Assembly (NCBI GenBank): GCA_018969615.1
Contig: JAGWYA010000001.1
Location: forward strand, 54,567-118,566
Reading direction: 5' to 3'
DNA from: Patescibacteria group bacterium
Lineage (GTDB): Bacteria > Patescibacteriota > Minisyncoccia > UBA6257 > 02-FULL-45-10c
Length of the DNA: 64,000 nt
Shown here: positions 1-9,954 of the stretch, piece by piece
Numbering within the stretch: position 1 is the first letter of the stretch
How the letters are laid out: the number at the start of each line of letters is the position of its first letter
Position numbers and translations under genes: made by a program
The notes under the pieces: generated by a model
Database searches by the model: none
What the model was told of the DNA's origin: nothing
Seen by the model: the letters and a program-made list of their open reading frames with translations, nothing else

Positions 1-172
1 GAACCAGGGCTCCGAGCGAGGCAAGCGCAAGGGCCAAAAGGCCTGCAAGGCGGAATTTCGCCTGGCGCGCCCGTTCATGATCAATGCGATGCAGCACCGC
101 GTGGTACAGCGCAGGGGACGGCTCGGCCTCGGTAAGCGCTAGGGTATGGCGGATAAAACGGTTCTTTTCCAT
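1..172 (-). CDS. Partial membrane protein downstream of ECF sigma factor (possible anti-sigma); runs off window start
   Basis: ATG at 172 gives MEKNRFIRHTLALTEAEPSPALYHAVLHRIDHERARQAKFRLAGLLALALASLGALV..., with a hydrophobic stretch; lies directly downstream of the sigma gene. Confidence 0.6.
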   Translation of the reverse strand, partial: MEKNRFIRHTLALTEAEPSPALYHAVLHRIDHERARQAKFRLAGLLALALASLGALV

Positions 173-197
173 ATGCGTAAGTATACGTAGAAAGCGC

Positions 198-770
198 TTA
201 TTTTGGTGCCTGCGTATGTAAAAGACCTTTCAGGGCGATCAGCGCGCGGCGATGCCGGCTTTTGACGGTATCCAGCGGCGCCTTGATGACCTCCCCGATC
301 TCCTTGAAGGTCAGCCCTTCTGTATAATACAACGAAAGCACCTCCTGATATTTCACGGGAAGCGTATCGACCATGCCGCTCACTCTGCGCATATCTTCGG
401 AGCGCGCGGCAAGCTCATCGGGCAGCGGGTCGGGGTCCATAAGACTGTCTTCGATCATATTCTCGCCTTCCTCGTTCTCAAAGTCGGAAAACGCGGGGTT
501 TTTCCGCTTCCGCATATGATCGATCGCGGTGTTGCGGGCGATCCTGAACAGCCAGGCGCGGAAATTTTGTCCGCGCTTATATTTTTTGATATGCCGCCAT
601 ACTTTGATAAAGGTCTCCTGGACGATATCTTCCGCATCGGTTCGATTGCGTACGAGGCGGTGAATATAGGCGTAGACGGGTTTGAGCGTCTGCTCAATAA
701 GCATCGCAAGCGCCCGCTCGTTGCCGGCAAGATAGTCAGCGATCAGCTGTTCATCGGTAGCGTGTGTCAT
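198..770 (-). CDS. ECF-family RNA polymerase sigma-70 factor
   Basis: Region 2 (AEDIVQETFIKVW, FRAWLFRIARNTAIDHMRK) and region 4 (LTFKEIGEVIKAPLDTVKSRHRRA); start chosen at MTHATDEQ. Confidence 0.93.
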   Translation of the reverse strand: MTHATDEQLIADYLAGNERALAMLIEQTLKPVYAYIHRLVRNRTDAEDIVQETFIKVWRHIKKYKRGQNFRAWLFRIARNTAIDHMRKRKNPAFSDFENEEGENMIEDSLMDPDPLPDELAARSEDMRRVSGMVDTLPVKYQEVLSLYYTEGLTFKEIGEVIKAPLDTVKSRHRRALIALKGLLHTQAPK

Positions 771-813
771 AGACGGCTGCACTATGCCAGAAGGAACACC
801 GGATGTCCACCCG

Positions 814-1455
814 CTAGAGCGTCGTCAGGAACGTCTGGTAATCTTTGGCGAATAATTTTTCTCCGATCCGGAAGATACCGTCAGTAATGAAGTATGCCGC
901 GAAGACGTCGATCGAATAATGGAGATGCCCGAGAAGTACGGCGACCGCAAAAATGATCGATGCCGCGATGAACGTATACCGAAGCCGCTTATGGTTCCAA
1001 AACATGAGCGCGATCAGAAAGGGAAGCCCGGTATGACCTGAAAAAAAGAGATCTGCCCCAAAGGTGAACTTATTGATAATGTTATTGCTTAACACGATCG
1101 CATGTTCCGGATAAGGGGCGATATGAGTTAATGAGATGAACATCGAACGGACAACGACCCAGAGCGCGATGCTTTTTAAAGCAAAGGGAATACGCTTTGG
1201 TTCGATGATCAGCAAGCATGCCACGAGCACCACGAAGATAAGAATACCCTGGACGAAGATCGGTTCCGTGTTCACAACCGGAATATTGCTTAAGATGATG
1301 TCGGTTACCGGATTGCTTGCGTGGATCGTCGCATAGGTTCCCGCAAAATAATTGATGACCAGGCTCAGCAGAAGGAAAATGACCGCGCCGATCGCCGAGA
1401 TCACGATATCCGCCTGATTCCAGAAATCTTTTTGTGCCGCAATGAACTTTGCCAT
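814..1455 (-). CDS. PAP2-superfamily membrane phosphotransferase, sphingomyelin-synthase-like
   Basis: About 6 TM segments; DLFFSGHT and HYSIDV motifs. Confidence 0.8.
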   Translation of the reverse strand: MAKFIAAQKDFWNQADIVISAIGAVIFLLLSLVINYFAGTYATIHASNPVTDIILSNIPVVNTEPIFVQGILIFVVLVACLLIIEPKRIPFALKSIALWVVVRSMFISLTHIAPYPEHAIVLSNNIINKFTFGADLFFSGHTGLPFLIALMFWNHKRLRYTFIAASIIFAVAVLLGHLHYSIDVFAAYFITDGIFRIGEKLFAKDYQTFLTTL

Positions 1456-1463
1456 AGAAATGA

Positions 1464-2198
1464 TTATTTACGGATATCGATGAAGTCCTTTGTGAACGGG
1501 CGCTTGAATACCAAGGTCCAGATATAGTTCACGCTGTAACGGAGCCCCATCGTCACCACGCCTTCTCCTTCCAAGCGTCGCCCGGAGGTGTACATCGGGA
1601 GCTGGAAAGTAAATACGACATCGCCGACCTCATTCAGGCGGCGGGCAATATCAGTATCCTCGCCGTAGAACTCAAAAGCAATATTGAACCCGCCGATCTT
1701 TTCCAGTGCGGACCGCCGCACCACGAAATTGCCGCCCTGGAGCATCGCTCCTTTCTTGAGGATAAAACGGTTCACGAGATAGCTCGCGTACCCCGCATAA
1801 TAAAAGATCCGAACGCCGAGGTTCGTAATGAACGAAAGATCATGATAGATATACGGACCGCTGAATCCGACCAAATTCGGGTTCTGGTCGAACGCCGCGA
1901 TCACTTTTTCGATCCATCCATGGGGAAGGACCGTGTCCGCGTCGATATTCGCGATCAATTCGCCGTGTGAAGCGGCAAAACCGGCCTGCCGCGCGGCAGA
2001 CAATCCCTTCTTGTGCTCGTCGACCACCGTGACGCCCTTGAAGGAACTTGCGACCTTCTTGGTTCCGTCGGTGCTTGCGTTGTTTACGACGATCACCTCG
2101 ACATCGTGCCGATGGCGCACTTCTTTCAAGACCGACTCCAGGCATGCTCCCACGTATTTTTCCTCATTATAAGCGGGAATGACAAAGCTCAGTTTCAT
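1464..2198 (-). CDS. Glycosyltransferase family 2
   Basis: SFVIPAYNEE, VVNNASTDGT, IDAD, YGEDTD motifs. Confidence 0.92.
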   Translation of the reverse strand: MKLSFVIPAYNEEKYVGACLESVLKEVRHRHDVEVIVVNNASTDGTKKVASSFKGVTVVDEHKKGLSAARQAGFAASHGELIANIDADTVLPHGWIEKVIAAFDQNPNLVGFSGPYIYHDLSFITNLGVRIFYYAGYASYLVNRFILKKGAMLQGGNFVVRRSALEKIGGFNIAFEFYGEDTDIARRLNEVGDVVFTFQLPMYTSGRRLEGEGVVTMGLRYSVNYIWTLVFKRPFTKDFIDIRK

Positions 2199-2208
2199 AG
2201 TCATTATC

Positions 2209-3396
2209 TTACGTCTTTTTGTACCGTCTGTACAACTCCTCCCAGGTATCGGCGACGCGGGGGATGGCATAGCGCTCCACTGATCGGCGCGCGCCTTTGC
2301 TCAGGCGCGACCAGGTCTTTTTATTTTTCAGGATCCCGATCAAGGCGTTTGCCATCCCTTCCGCATCTCCCGGCTCCACGATAAACCCGTTCTCCGGAGT
2401 GATATATTCAGGCAAGGCCCGGGCGTTGACGCCGACGGCCGGTAATCCGCAGGCAAGGGCCTGCATCAGGGTCATACTTTGCGTTTCCGACGTGCTTGCG
2501 ATCGCAAAAGCCCTTCCGGCGCGGTAGAGCTTCGCGAGAAGCGGCTTTTCAAGCGTACCCAAGAACCGGACATGCTGGACAACGTTCAGGTTCTTGGCAA
2601 GCATGCGCAGCTCATCGGCTCCGGCGCCATGGCCGGCAAGCGCAAGGACGACGTCGGGAACCTTTGCGCGCACCGCCGGCAGCGCACGGATAATAGTATC
2701 GATGTTCTTCTCCGCGGCGAGGCGGCCCGCGTAGACGATCGTGTTCGGCGACAGCTTCAATTTTTTGATCGTTTCTTCTTTTTCCTTTGCCTTGGCCACT
2801 TTTTCAGTGAAAAGATCGGTGTCGATCGGATTTGAAAGCGCCTGGTGCGGACGGACGAACCCGTTCGGGACCATTTCGGAAAAGACCGACTCGGACGGGG
2901 CGGTCACGAATTCGCAGGAATTGTAATACCAAACCGCATAGCGGAGCGCAAGCGATTTCGCCCACGGAAAGCGCACGGGAAGATAACGGACGAACTCGGT
3001 GATCGCCGTGTGGTTCGTGCCGATCACCGGAGTATGCGTCATCTTTCCGGCAAGGAGCGCCTCCAGCCCCACACCGAAGATAAGCTGCGTATGGATGATA
3101 TCGGGCTTGATCTTCCGCATCTCCCGGAGGCTTCCTCCGATCGGAAGCACGAGCCTGGCTTGCCCGGTCGGGGAAGGAACCGAGAAAGAGGACAGGCGAT
3201 GGATATGCACGTGCGGTCCGAGATCAAGCTCTTGCTGCAAAAGATTTCCTTTCCGGTAGTCCACAACGGAATATTGCGGAACAAAAAAATGGATCTCGTG
3301 TCCCCGCGCGGACAATGCTTTTGCGAGCGCAATAATAGAGTCAGCGATCCCGCTGAGCTCCGGAAAGAAATTATCTGAGAAAATGGCTATTTTCAT
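2209..3396 (-). CDS. Glycosyltransferase family 4 (diacylglycerol glucosyltransferase-like)
   Basis: MKIAIFSDNFFPELSG, YAGRLAAEKN, SETQSMTLMQALACGLP. Confidence 0.9.
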   Translation of the reverse strand: MKIAIFSDNFFPELSGIADSIIALAKALSARGHEIHFFVPQYSVVDYRKGNLLQQELDLGPHVHIHRLSSFSVPSPTGQARLVLPIGGSLREMRKIKPDIIHTQLIFGVGLEALLAGKMTHTPVIGTNHTAITEFVRYLPVRFPWAKSLALRYAVWYYNSCEFVTAPSESVFSEMVPNGFVRPHQALSNPIDTDLFTEKVAKAKEKEETIKKLKLSPNTIVYAGRLAAEKNIDTIIRALPAVRAKVPDVVLALAGHGAGADELRMLAKNLNVVQHVRFLGTLEKPLLAKLYRAGRAFAIASTSETQSMTLMQALACGLPAVGVNARALPEYITPENGFIVEPGDAEGMANALIGILKNKKTWSRLSKGARRSVERYAIPRVADTWEELYRRYKKT

Positions 3397-3485
3397 CGAT
3401 CGTGTTCGTACCTTTAGTGTAGCATTCCGGCGGTCGGGGCCGCTATTTTATTGAGGCGAATATTACTGCGTACTATACTGAGAGC

Positions 3486-4481
3486 ATGGTTGTAAATGAT
3501 TCGATCGGTGTCCGCCCATTTCCTCTGGCTGCGATAGGGGTGATCGTCTTGGTATGCGGTCTTTATTTTTTCACCCTTGCGGCTCCGTCCGGTCGTGCGC
3601 AAACCGAACAATTCACCGTGCCCCTTCATACGACAACGGGTCAAACGATCGATGCGCTGGCATCCGCGGGACTTATCAAGAACAAACTTGCGTTTCGCCT
3701 GGTGCAAATGGTCCGCGGGCCGATCAGGCCGGGCGGCTTCATGCTGTCATCCTCGATGAACGCCTGGCAGATCGCGGGCGCGCTCACCGGCACGCCGTCA
3801 TTGGCATGGGTCGTGATCCCTGAAGGGCTTCGCAAAGAAGAGATCGCCGGGATCTTGGCGCAGGACCTTGGATGGGATGCGACCACGACCGCGCACTGGA
3901 TCACGACTGACACGACGGCTCAATACGATTATACGGAAGGCGTGTATTTTCCGGACACGTATCTGATCCCGCGGACGGAATCGCCGGCGGCGGTCGCTCA
4001 GCGGCTGCAGCAGAAATTCGAGGAAGTGTTCGCTCCGTATGCCGGCGAAGCGCTCCGGCAGAACATCCGCTGGCCGACCGTGCTCCGTATCGCTTCGATC
4101 ATCCAGCGTGAAGCGGCCGGGCCGGGCGATATGCCGCTCATCGCCGGTATTCTATGGAACCGTCTTTTACAAAATATGCCGCTCGATATCGATGCGACCG
4201 TCCAGTATGCGCGCGGCAATACCGGGAGCGGATGGTGGGCGCCGCTCGCGCCGGCGGATCTCAAGATCGATTCGCCGTACAATACGTATCTCCATACCGG
4301 ACTGCCTCCGCTGCCGATCTGCAACCCGGGACTTGATGCGATCAATGCTGTGCTCCATCCGGCGCAAACAAGCTGTCTCTACTATCTGCATGATTCATCG
4401 GGCCAGATCCATTGCGCGGCGACTTACGCGGAACATAAGCAAAACATTGCGACCTATCTTTCGGGCGCAAAAAGCAATTAA
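3486..4481 (+). CDS. mltG: Endolytic transglycosylase MltG
   Basis: N-terminal TM; EGVYFPDTY, ASIIQREA, LDIDATVQY, SPYNTYLHTGLPPLPICNPG. Confidence 0.92.
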   Translation: MVVNDSIGVRPFPLAAIGVIVLVCGLYFFTLAAPSGRAQTEQFTVPLHTTTGQTIDALASAGLIKNKLAFRLVQMVRGPIRPGGFMLSSSMNAWQIAGALTGTPSLAWVVIPEGLRKEEIAGILAQDLGWDATTTAHWITTDTTAQYDYTEGVYFPDTYLIPRTESPAAVAQRLQQKFEEVFAPYAGEALRQNIRWPTVLRIASIIQREAAGPGDMPLIAGILWNRLLQNMPLDIDATVQYARGNTGSGWWAPLAPADLKIDSPYNTYLHTGLPPLPICNPGLDAINAVLHPAQTSCLYYLHDSSGQIHCAATYAEHKQNIATYLSGAKSN

Positions 4482-4499
4482 ATTGTATACTAAGGGTAT

Positions 4500-4832
4500 A
4501 TGACCTTTGAGGAATATCAAAAAGCGACCGCCGAGACCGCCGTTTATCCGAAGGAAGGCGACCGGGGCATTGTCTATACGACGCTTGGACTCGCGAGCGA
4601 AGCGGGAGAGGTGGCGGGGAAATATAAAAAGGTTATCCGGGACATGAACGGCAGGCTCAGCGATGAAGTGAAAAAAGAGATGGCCAAAGAGGTGGGCGAT
4701 GTGCTCTGGTATGTTTCTCAAGTATGCGCCGAGCTCGGACTGCCCTTGGAAGATGTTGCGGCCGAGAACATCGCCAAACTTCGTTCGCGTAAAGAGCGGG
4801 GCCGTCTTGCCGGGAACGGCGATGACCGATAA
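4500..4832 (+). CDS. MazG-like nucleoside triphosphate pyrophosphohydrolase
   Basis: LGLASEAGEVAGKYKK, KEVGDVLWY, NIAKLRSR. Confidence 0.9.
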   Translation: MTFEEYQKATAETAVYPKEGDRGIVYTTLGLASEAGEVAGKYKKVIRDMNGRLSDEVKKEMAKEVGDVLWYVSQVCAELGLPLEDVAAENIAKLRSRKERGRLAGNGDDR

Positions 4833-4850
4833 TTAATTTTAATAACTTGC

Positions 4851-5258
4851 ATGAAAGGATTCGTAACCAATATTGAAAAAGCTTCGTTAGAGAATGAGAA
4901 TTTTCGGAAGGTGCTGTATACCGCAAAGAACAGCCAGCTGGTCGTGATGAGCCTCAAGCCGGGCGAGGATATCGGCGAAGAAGTGCATCAGCTTGACCAG
5001 TTCATCCGCATTGAAGCGGGGACGGGGGCGACGGTATTGAACGGTGTCAGGCAGGATCTGAAAGACGGTTCGATCGTGCTTGTTCCGGCAGGTACGCGGC
5101 ATAATATCATCAATACTTCGAGCGATGCCCCGATGAAGCTCTATACGCTTTATGCGCCGCCGAATCATCTCGACGGGATCGTTCACGTCACCAAAGCGGC
5201 TGCGGAAGCCGATGAAAAACACGATCATTTCGACGGGAAAACGACCGAAGCGGCCTAA
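4851..5258 (+). CDS. Cupin domain protein
   Basis: GEEVHQLDQFIRIEAG and VPAGTRHNIIN cupin motifs. Confidence 0.88.
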   Translation: MKGFVTNIEKASLENENFRKVLYTAKNSQLVVMSLKPGEDIGEEVHQLDQFIRIEAGTGATVLNGVRQDLKDGSIVLVPAGTRHNIINTSSDAPMKLYTLYAPPNHLDGIVHVTKAAAEADEKHDHFDGKTTEAA

Positions 5259-5261
5259 CGT

Positions 5262-5732
5262 ATGAAAATTCTCATAGGACAAAAAGCTCCGTCATTCGCC
5301 TTACCGGACCAAGAGGGCACGATGCACTCGCTCGCTGATCTGAAAGGAAAGTGGGTGCTGCTCTATTTTTATCCCAAAGACAACACGCCGGGTTGTACGA
5401 TCGAAGCGTGCGGGATCCGCGATTCCTTCCCGGACTTCCAAAAAGTGAAGGCGGTCGTTCTTGGCGTAAGCGCCGATCCGCCGCAAAGCCATGCCCGATT
5501 CATTGAAAAATACAACCTGCCGTTCACGCTCCTCTCGGATGAAAAACATGAAACCCTTCAGGCCTACGGCGTCTGGGGAAAGAAGAAGTTCATGGGCCGA
5601 TCGTACGACGGCATCAGCCGCACTTCGTTCCTGATCGATCCCGAAGGGAAGATCGCAAAGATCTATGAAGAAGTGAAACCGGCCGGGCATGCGGAAGAGG
5701 TTCTGCAGGACCTGAAAACGCTCAAGGTCTAA
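5262..5732 (+). CDS. bcp: Thioredoxin-dependent peroxiredoxin Bcp
   Basis: YFYPKDNTPGCTIEAC motif. Confidence 0.93.
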   Translation: MKILIGQKAPSFALPDQEGTMHSLADLKGKWVLLYFYPKDNTPGCTIEACGIRDSFPDFQKVKAVVLGVSADPPQSHARFIEKYNLPFTLLSDEKHETLQAYGVWGKKKFMGRSYDGISRTSFLIDPEGKIAKIYEEVKPAGHAEEVLQDLKTLKV

Positions 5733-5785
5733 GAAGATATGGTATACTGAGGGAAAGTCATTTCATCATTAACCTTATTACTACA

Positions 5786-7021
5786 ATGAAATACGTACGC
5801 ATATTACAAGTAACCGCGGTTTCGCTGCTGCTCGTTCCGGTCATGGCTTTTGCCCAGACGACCACCGGCACCACGACAACTGCTGCGCCGGCAACGACGA
5901 CCGTTGCGACCACGACCGGACCGGTCCTGCCGACCGCCGCTTTGACGCCGGCAAGTCCGTTCTATTTCCTGACCCAGTGGGGTGAAGCGCTGCAGGAATT
6001 CTTCACGTTCAGTCCGGAAGCGAAAGCGCAGCTTGAACTGCAATTCGCTGCTCAGCGTATCGCGGAGATCAATACGATGATCCAGGATCAGGGGGCGAAC
6101 GCACCGGGTATCGCAGTCGCTCAGGCGGGGCTCGCTGCAAATATTGCAAAAGCGAACACGGCGGTAACCCAAGTAAAGAGCTCCGGCGGGAATGTGGCCG
6201 CACTCGCGCAAAATCTCAGCCAGGCGATCACTCAGCAAAAGATCACGCTGCAGAACGTTTTCGCGGATGCGCAAGGAAAGGTTGTGGCGCAACAGACGGA
6301 ACTTCAGCAGAAACTGCAGGAAGCGGACAGAGTAGGGAGCACGACCCAGGCGCAGGAGATCGCTCAGCAGCTCTCAAGCCTCCAGACCCAGAAAACAGCG
6401 CTTGTCCAGCATCAGGATAATGCCACGAAAGAGCTCTCTGACGCCGGCGACACCGTTGATACGAATTTGAACTCGGCATCGGCAAGCGATGCCCAGGGCG
6501 CGATCAATGATGTTCTGAATAACCGCGCCAATGCATTAGTGCAGAATCCCGCACTGAACCTTACGCTGGTTGACAAAGCGATCTCAGACGCGCAGGACAT
6601 GCTGACAAAAGGAGATGACCAAGCCGCGACCGAGCTTGCAAAACAGGCAGCCGATGCGCTCGATCGCGCAAAGAACGCGGCAGAGCGCGTACAGGCTCCG
6701 GAAGTAGAAGCGGAGAGTTCCCGTGCGCTGCAACTGTTGCAGAAATACGGCGTTCAGCTGGCGAGCACGACGCTTCCGCAGCTCCCGCCTCCGGGAGAAC
6801 TCGAGGGCGAAGGCATGGTTCCGAACCTCCAGGGCCAGCAGCCTCTGCAGAATGCGCCGCGGCCGGGTGAAGGCGAACAGCCAAATATACCGCTCCCGCC
6901 ATCTTCCTCATCAACGCAAATGGCTCCGGTTCAAGGATTGAGGATCCTGAACTCGTCCGATCAGGGAGGAGAGGTCCCGCAGCAGAATACCTCAGATAAC
7001 CAGCCGGGAGGAGATAACTAG
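5786..7021 (+). CDS. Secreted helical protein, DUF5667-like
   Basis: Signal peptide, Thr-rich linker, LTPASPFYFLTQWGE motif, Gln-rich coiled coil, Pro-rich tail. Confidence 0.7.
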   Translation: MKYVRILQVTAVSLLLVPVMAFAQTTTGTTTTAAPATTTVATTTGPVLPTAALTPASPFYFLTQWGEALQEFFTFSPEAKAQLELQFAAQRIAEINTMIQDQGANAPGIAVAQAGLAANIAKANTAVTQVKSSGGNVAALAQNLSQAITQQKITLQNVFADAQGKVVAQQTELQQKLQEADRVGSTTQAQEIAQQLSSLQTQKTALVQHQDNATKELSDAGDTVDTNLNSASASDAQGAINDVLNNRANALVQNPALNLTLVDKAISDAQDMLTKGDDQAATELAKQAADALDRAKNAAERVQAPEVEAESSRALQLLQKYGVQLASTTLPQLPPPGELEGEGMVPNLQGQQPLQNAPRPGEGEQPNIPLPPSSSSTQMAPVQGLRILNSSDQGGEVPQQNTSDNQPGGDN

Positions 7022-7035
7022 CTCCCGCTACGGAA

Positions 7036-7068
7036 AAAGAACCGGCCGTCAGAGGGCCGGTTTTTTCT
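7036..7068 (+). terminator. Intrinsic terminator
   Basis: aaccggcc / ggccggtt stem followed by a T run. Confidence 0.8.
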
Positions 7069-7103
7069 TGCGGAAACCGGGGGAAAAATGTATACTCTAC
7101 ACC

Positions 7104-8576
7104 ATGTCACAAGCGAACGAAGTTATTGTCAGATTTGACGACGTATCCTTCGAATTCGGCCATAATCATCCGATCCTCAAGGAGGCGAAATTTTCGATCC
7201 GCCAAGGGACAAAGATCGCATTGATGGGGCAGAACGGCGCGGGGAAAACGACGATATTCAAATTGATCACCGGCGCGCTCTCTCCGGAAGAAGGTTCGAT
7301 CAGCCTTGCGGACGGTCTGACGGTCGCGACAGCACGGCAGGTCATTCCGCGCGACCAGCTCGACCTTACGGTCCTTGAGTTCTTTTCCCGTTGCTTCTCT
7401 CAAAAGGTGTATGATATCGAACCGCGGATCGATAAGATCCTGAAGGTCGTGAACCTTCATGCGCCCCATGATCGCATCATCCGGTCATTTTCCGGAGGCC
7501 AGCAAGCGCGCCTGCTTCTCGCCTCGGCCTTGATCCAGGACCCCGATCTGCTGCTCCTTGATGAGCCGACCAACAACCTTGATCCCGCGGGGATCGCGCA
7601 TCTCACGCAATTTTTGGTGGACTATACAAAGACCTGCCTGGTCATTTCCCACGACGCAGAATTCTTGAACGCATTTACGCACGGCGTGCTGTATCTCGAT
7701 GTCTTCACTAAGAAGGTCGAGCAGTATACCGGCAATTATCACAATGTGGTTGCGGAGATCCAGGTCCGGATCGAACGCGAGCGTATGAAGAATGTGCGCC
7801 TTCAAAAGGACATCGCAAACCGGAAAGAGCAGGCGAACTTCTTTGCGCAGAAAGGAGGGCATATGCGCGACGTCGCCCGGAAAATGAAGGAGAAGATCGA
7901 AGAACTTGAAGAAGAGACCGTTGATGTCCGCCGTGAGGATAAAACGATCAGGCCGTTCGCCATCCAGGCGCAAGATGATCTCTTGGGGCCGATCCTCGAA
8001 CTTTCCTCCGTTTCGATCATGAAGGCTCATAAGCCGGTTCAGAAGAAGGTTGCGATCGCGCTGAAAAAGAACGAACATTTATTGCTTGCGGGGCCGAACG
8101 GGATCGGAAAGACCACGCTTTTGGAAAAGCTTGCGAGCGGCCACGCAAAAGGGGAGCATATCGCCGAAGGCGTCCGCGTCGGTTATTACCGGCAGGATTT
8201 CTCCACGCTGAACTTTGACGACACGGTACATGATTCGCTGGCAGCCGTAACGAAAGATCATCTCGACTGGGGCATGACCGAAGAAAAGCTCCGGTCGGTC
8301 GCCGCGGGATTTTTATTGGATGACCAGCTGATGCGCGCAAAGATCGGAAGTCTTTCCGAGGGGCAAAAAGGATTGGTTGCGTTCGCGCGATTGGTCATGC
8401 AAAAACCGGGCCTTCTGATCCTTGATGAGCCGACGAACCACATCAATTTCCGCCACATTCCGGTGATCGCCAAAGCACTGGATTCTTATCAGGGAGCCAT
8501 GGTCCTGGTCAGTCACGTTCCGGAGTTCGTCAAACAGATCCGCATCGATAAAAAGCTTGATCTTGAACAGCTCTAA
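7104..8576 (+). CDS. ABC-F family ATPase
   Basis: Two NBDs (GQNGAGKT, FSGGQ, LLLDEPTNNLD; GPNGIGKT, LSEGQ, ILDEPTNH) and no TM segments. Confidence 0.92.
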   Translation: MSQANEVIVRFDDVSFEFGHNHPILKEAKFSIRQGTKIALMGQNGAGKTTIFKLITGALSPEEGSISLADGLTVATARQVIPRDQLDLTVLEFFSRCFSQKVYDIEPRIDKILKVVNLHAPHDRIIRSFSGGQQARLLLASALIQDPDLLLLDEPTNNLDPAGIAHLTQFLVDYTKTCLVISHDAEFLNAFTHGVLYLDVFTKKVEQYTGNYHNVVAEIQVRIERERMKNVRLQKDIANRKEQANFFAQKGGHMRDVARKMKEKIEELEEETVDVRREDKTIRPFAIQAQDDLLGPILELSSVSIMKAHKPVQKKVAIALKKNEHLLLAGPNGIGKTTLLEKLASGHAKGEHIAEGVRVGYYRQDFSTLNFDDTVHDSLAAVTKDHLDWGMTEEKLRSVAAGFLLDDQLMRAKIGSLSEGQKGLVAFARLVMQKPGLLILDEPTNHINFRHIPVIAKALDSYQGAMVLVSHVPEFVKQIRIDKKLDLEQL

Positions 8577-8611
8577 TAAAAAGACCCTCTTACTTTTGCA
8601 GGAGGATCTTT

Positions 8612-9871
8612 TTAATGCCGGCGAAAGCGAGGATTTCCTCCCTGCCGGTTCCGGTTTCCGAAACCATGATGCGGGCGGCGATTTCGATCAAAGCGCTGCG
8701 ACGCGCCATGGCCGGAAGGCCTTTCCATCGCCGGCTCAGGAGGCTCCGGCAATGACTCGGGAAGCTTGCTGATCGGCAATGATTTTCTCAAAAGCCGTTC
8801 GATCGTACGAAGATCGCCGCGCTGATCAGGCGTCGCAAAGGAGATCGCGTGACCGGAGGCTCCGGCGCGGCCGGTGCGTCCGATCCGGTGCACATAGTCT
8901 TCAGCCTGCTGCGGGAGATCATAGTTAATGACCAGCTCAATATTAGTGACGTCGATGCCGCGGGCGGCGATGTCGGTCGCGATCAGAACACGGTAGCGGC
9001 CGTTCTTAAATCCTTCTAACGCATCCGTCCGCTGGTTCAATGAACGATTGGAATGCAATTCAGCGGCCGTATAGCCCGCAGCCCGGACGACCCGCGTGAT
9101 CCTTTTTGCGGAGAACTTCATCCGTGTGAACACTAAAATGGAACCGTGGTATTCGGAAAGGATCTTATGGAGCAGCGCTGATTTTTGATTTCGCGGAACG
9201 ACGAAGACCTCCTGGGTGACGTTGGTCGCCGCCGTTCCCTGAGGAACGACCTCGATCCGCACCGGGAGCTGCATGTAGCTGCTGGCGATCTGCATGATCG
9301 CCGGAGGCATGGTGGCCGAAAAAAGCATGGTCTGCCGCTGCGCGGGGACATGCTGGAGAATGCGCTTCAATTGAGGGGCGAATCCCATATCAAGCATGCG
9401 ATCAGCCTCATCAAGCACCAGGACCGCAACCTTTGAAAAAGAGAGCGTGCGATGATCAAGATGATCGATAATGCGGCCGGGAGTGCCGATAACGATATCC
9501 GGGCCCCGTTGAATTTCAGCGATCTGACGTCCCATGGCTGTGCCGCCGATCAAAAGGGCGGTTTTGATGCCGAACTCTCCGCCGATCTTTTGAAGCGATT
9601 CACGGACCTGGATCGCGAGTTCCCGCGTCGGGAGCACGATCAAACCGTGCCCGCCGCCCTGAAGAGAACGCTGGATCATCGGGATGCCGAACGCAAGCGT
9701 CTTTCCTGTTCCGGTCTGAGCGATGCCGACCAGGTCTTTCCCTTCCAAAGCGGTCGGGATCGACCGTTCCTGAATAGGGGTCGGATGGACGTATTTATGT
9801 TTATGAAGAGAATTCAGAAGATTCGGCGCGATACCAAGTCCGGAGAACCCGCTTGAAGGCTGAGGCTGCAT
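8612..9871 (-). CDS. DEAD-box RNA helicase (RhlE-like)
   Basis: AQTGTGKT, PTRELA, DEAD, SAT, HRIGRTGR. Confidence 0.95.
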   Translation of the reverse strand: MQPQPSSGFSGLGIAPNLLNSLHKHKYVHPTPIQERSIPTALEGKDLVGIAQTGTGKTLAFGIPMIQRSLQGGGHGLIVLPTRELAIQVRESLQKIGGEFGIKTALLIGGTAMGRQIAEIQRGPDIVIGTPGRIIDHLDHRTLSFSKVAVLVLDEADRMLDMGFAPQLKRILQHVPAQRQTMLFSATMPPAIMQIASSYMQLPVRIEVVPQGTAATNVTQEVFVVPRNQKSALLHKILSEYHGSILVFTRMKFSAKRITRVVRAAGYTAAELHSNRSLNQRTDALEGFKNGRYRVLIATDIAARGIDVTNIELVINYDLPQQAEDYVHRIGRTGRAGASGHAISFATPDQRGDLRTIERLLRKSLPISKLPESLPEPPEPAMERPSGHGASQRFDRNRRPHHGFGNRNRQGGNPRFRRH

Positions 9872-9954
9872 ATGCTGCAGGATACCAGAAGCGGCGGGAG
9901 AATGCCAGGACATCATTTTTCAACATCTGAAAAATGGCGTATACTGGAGAACAT

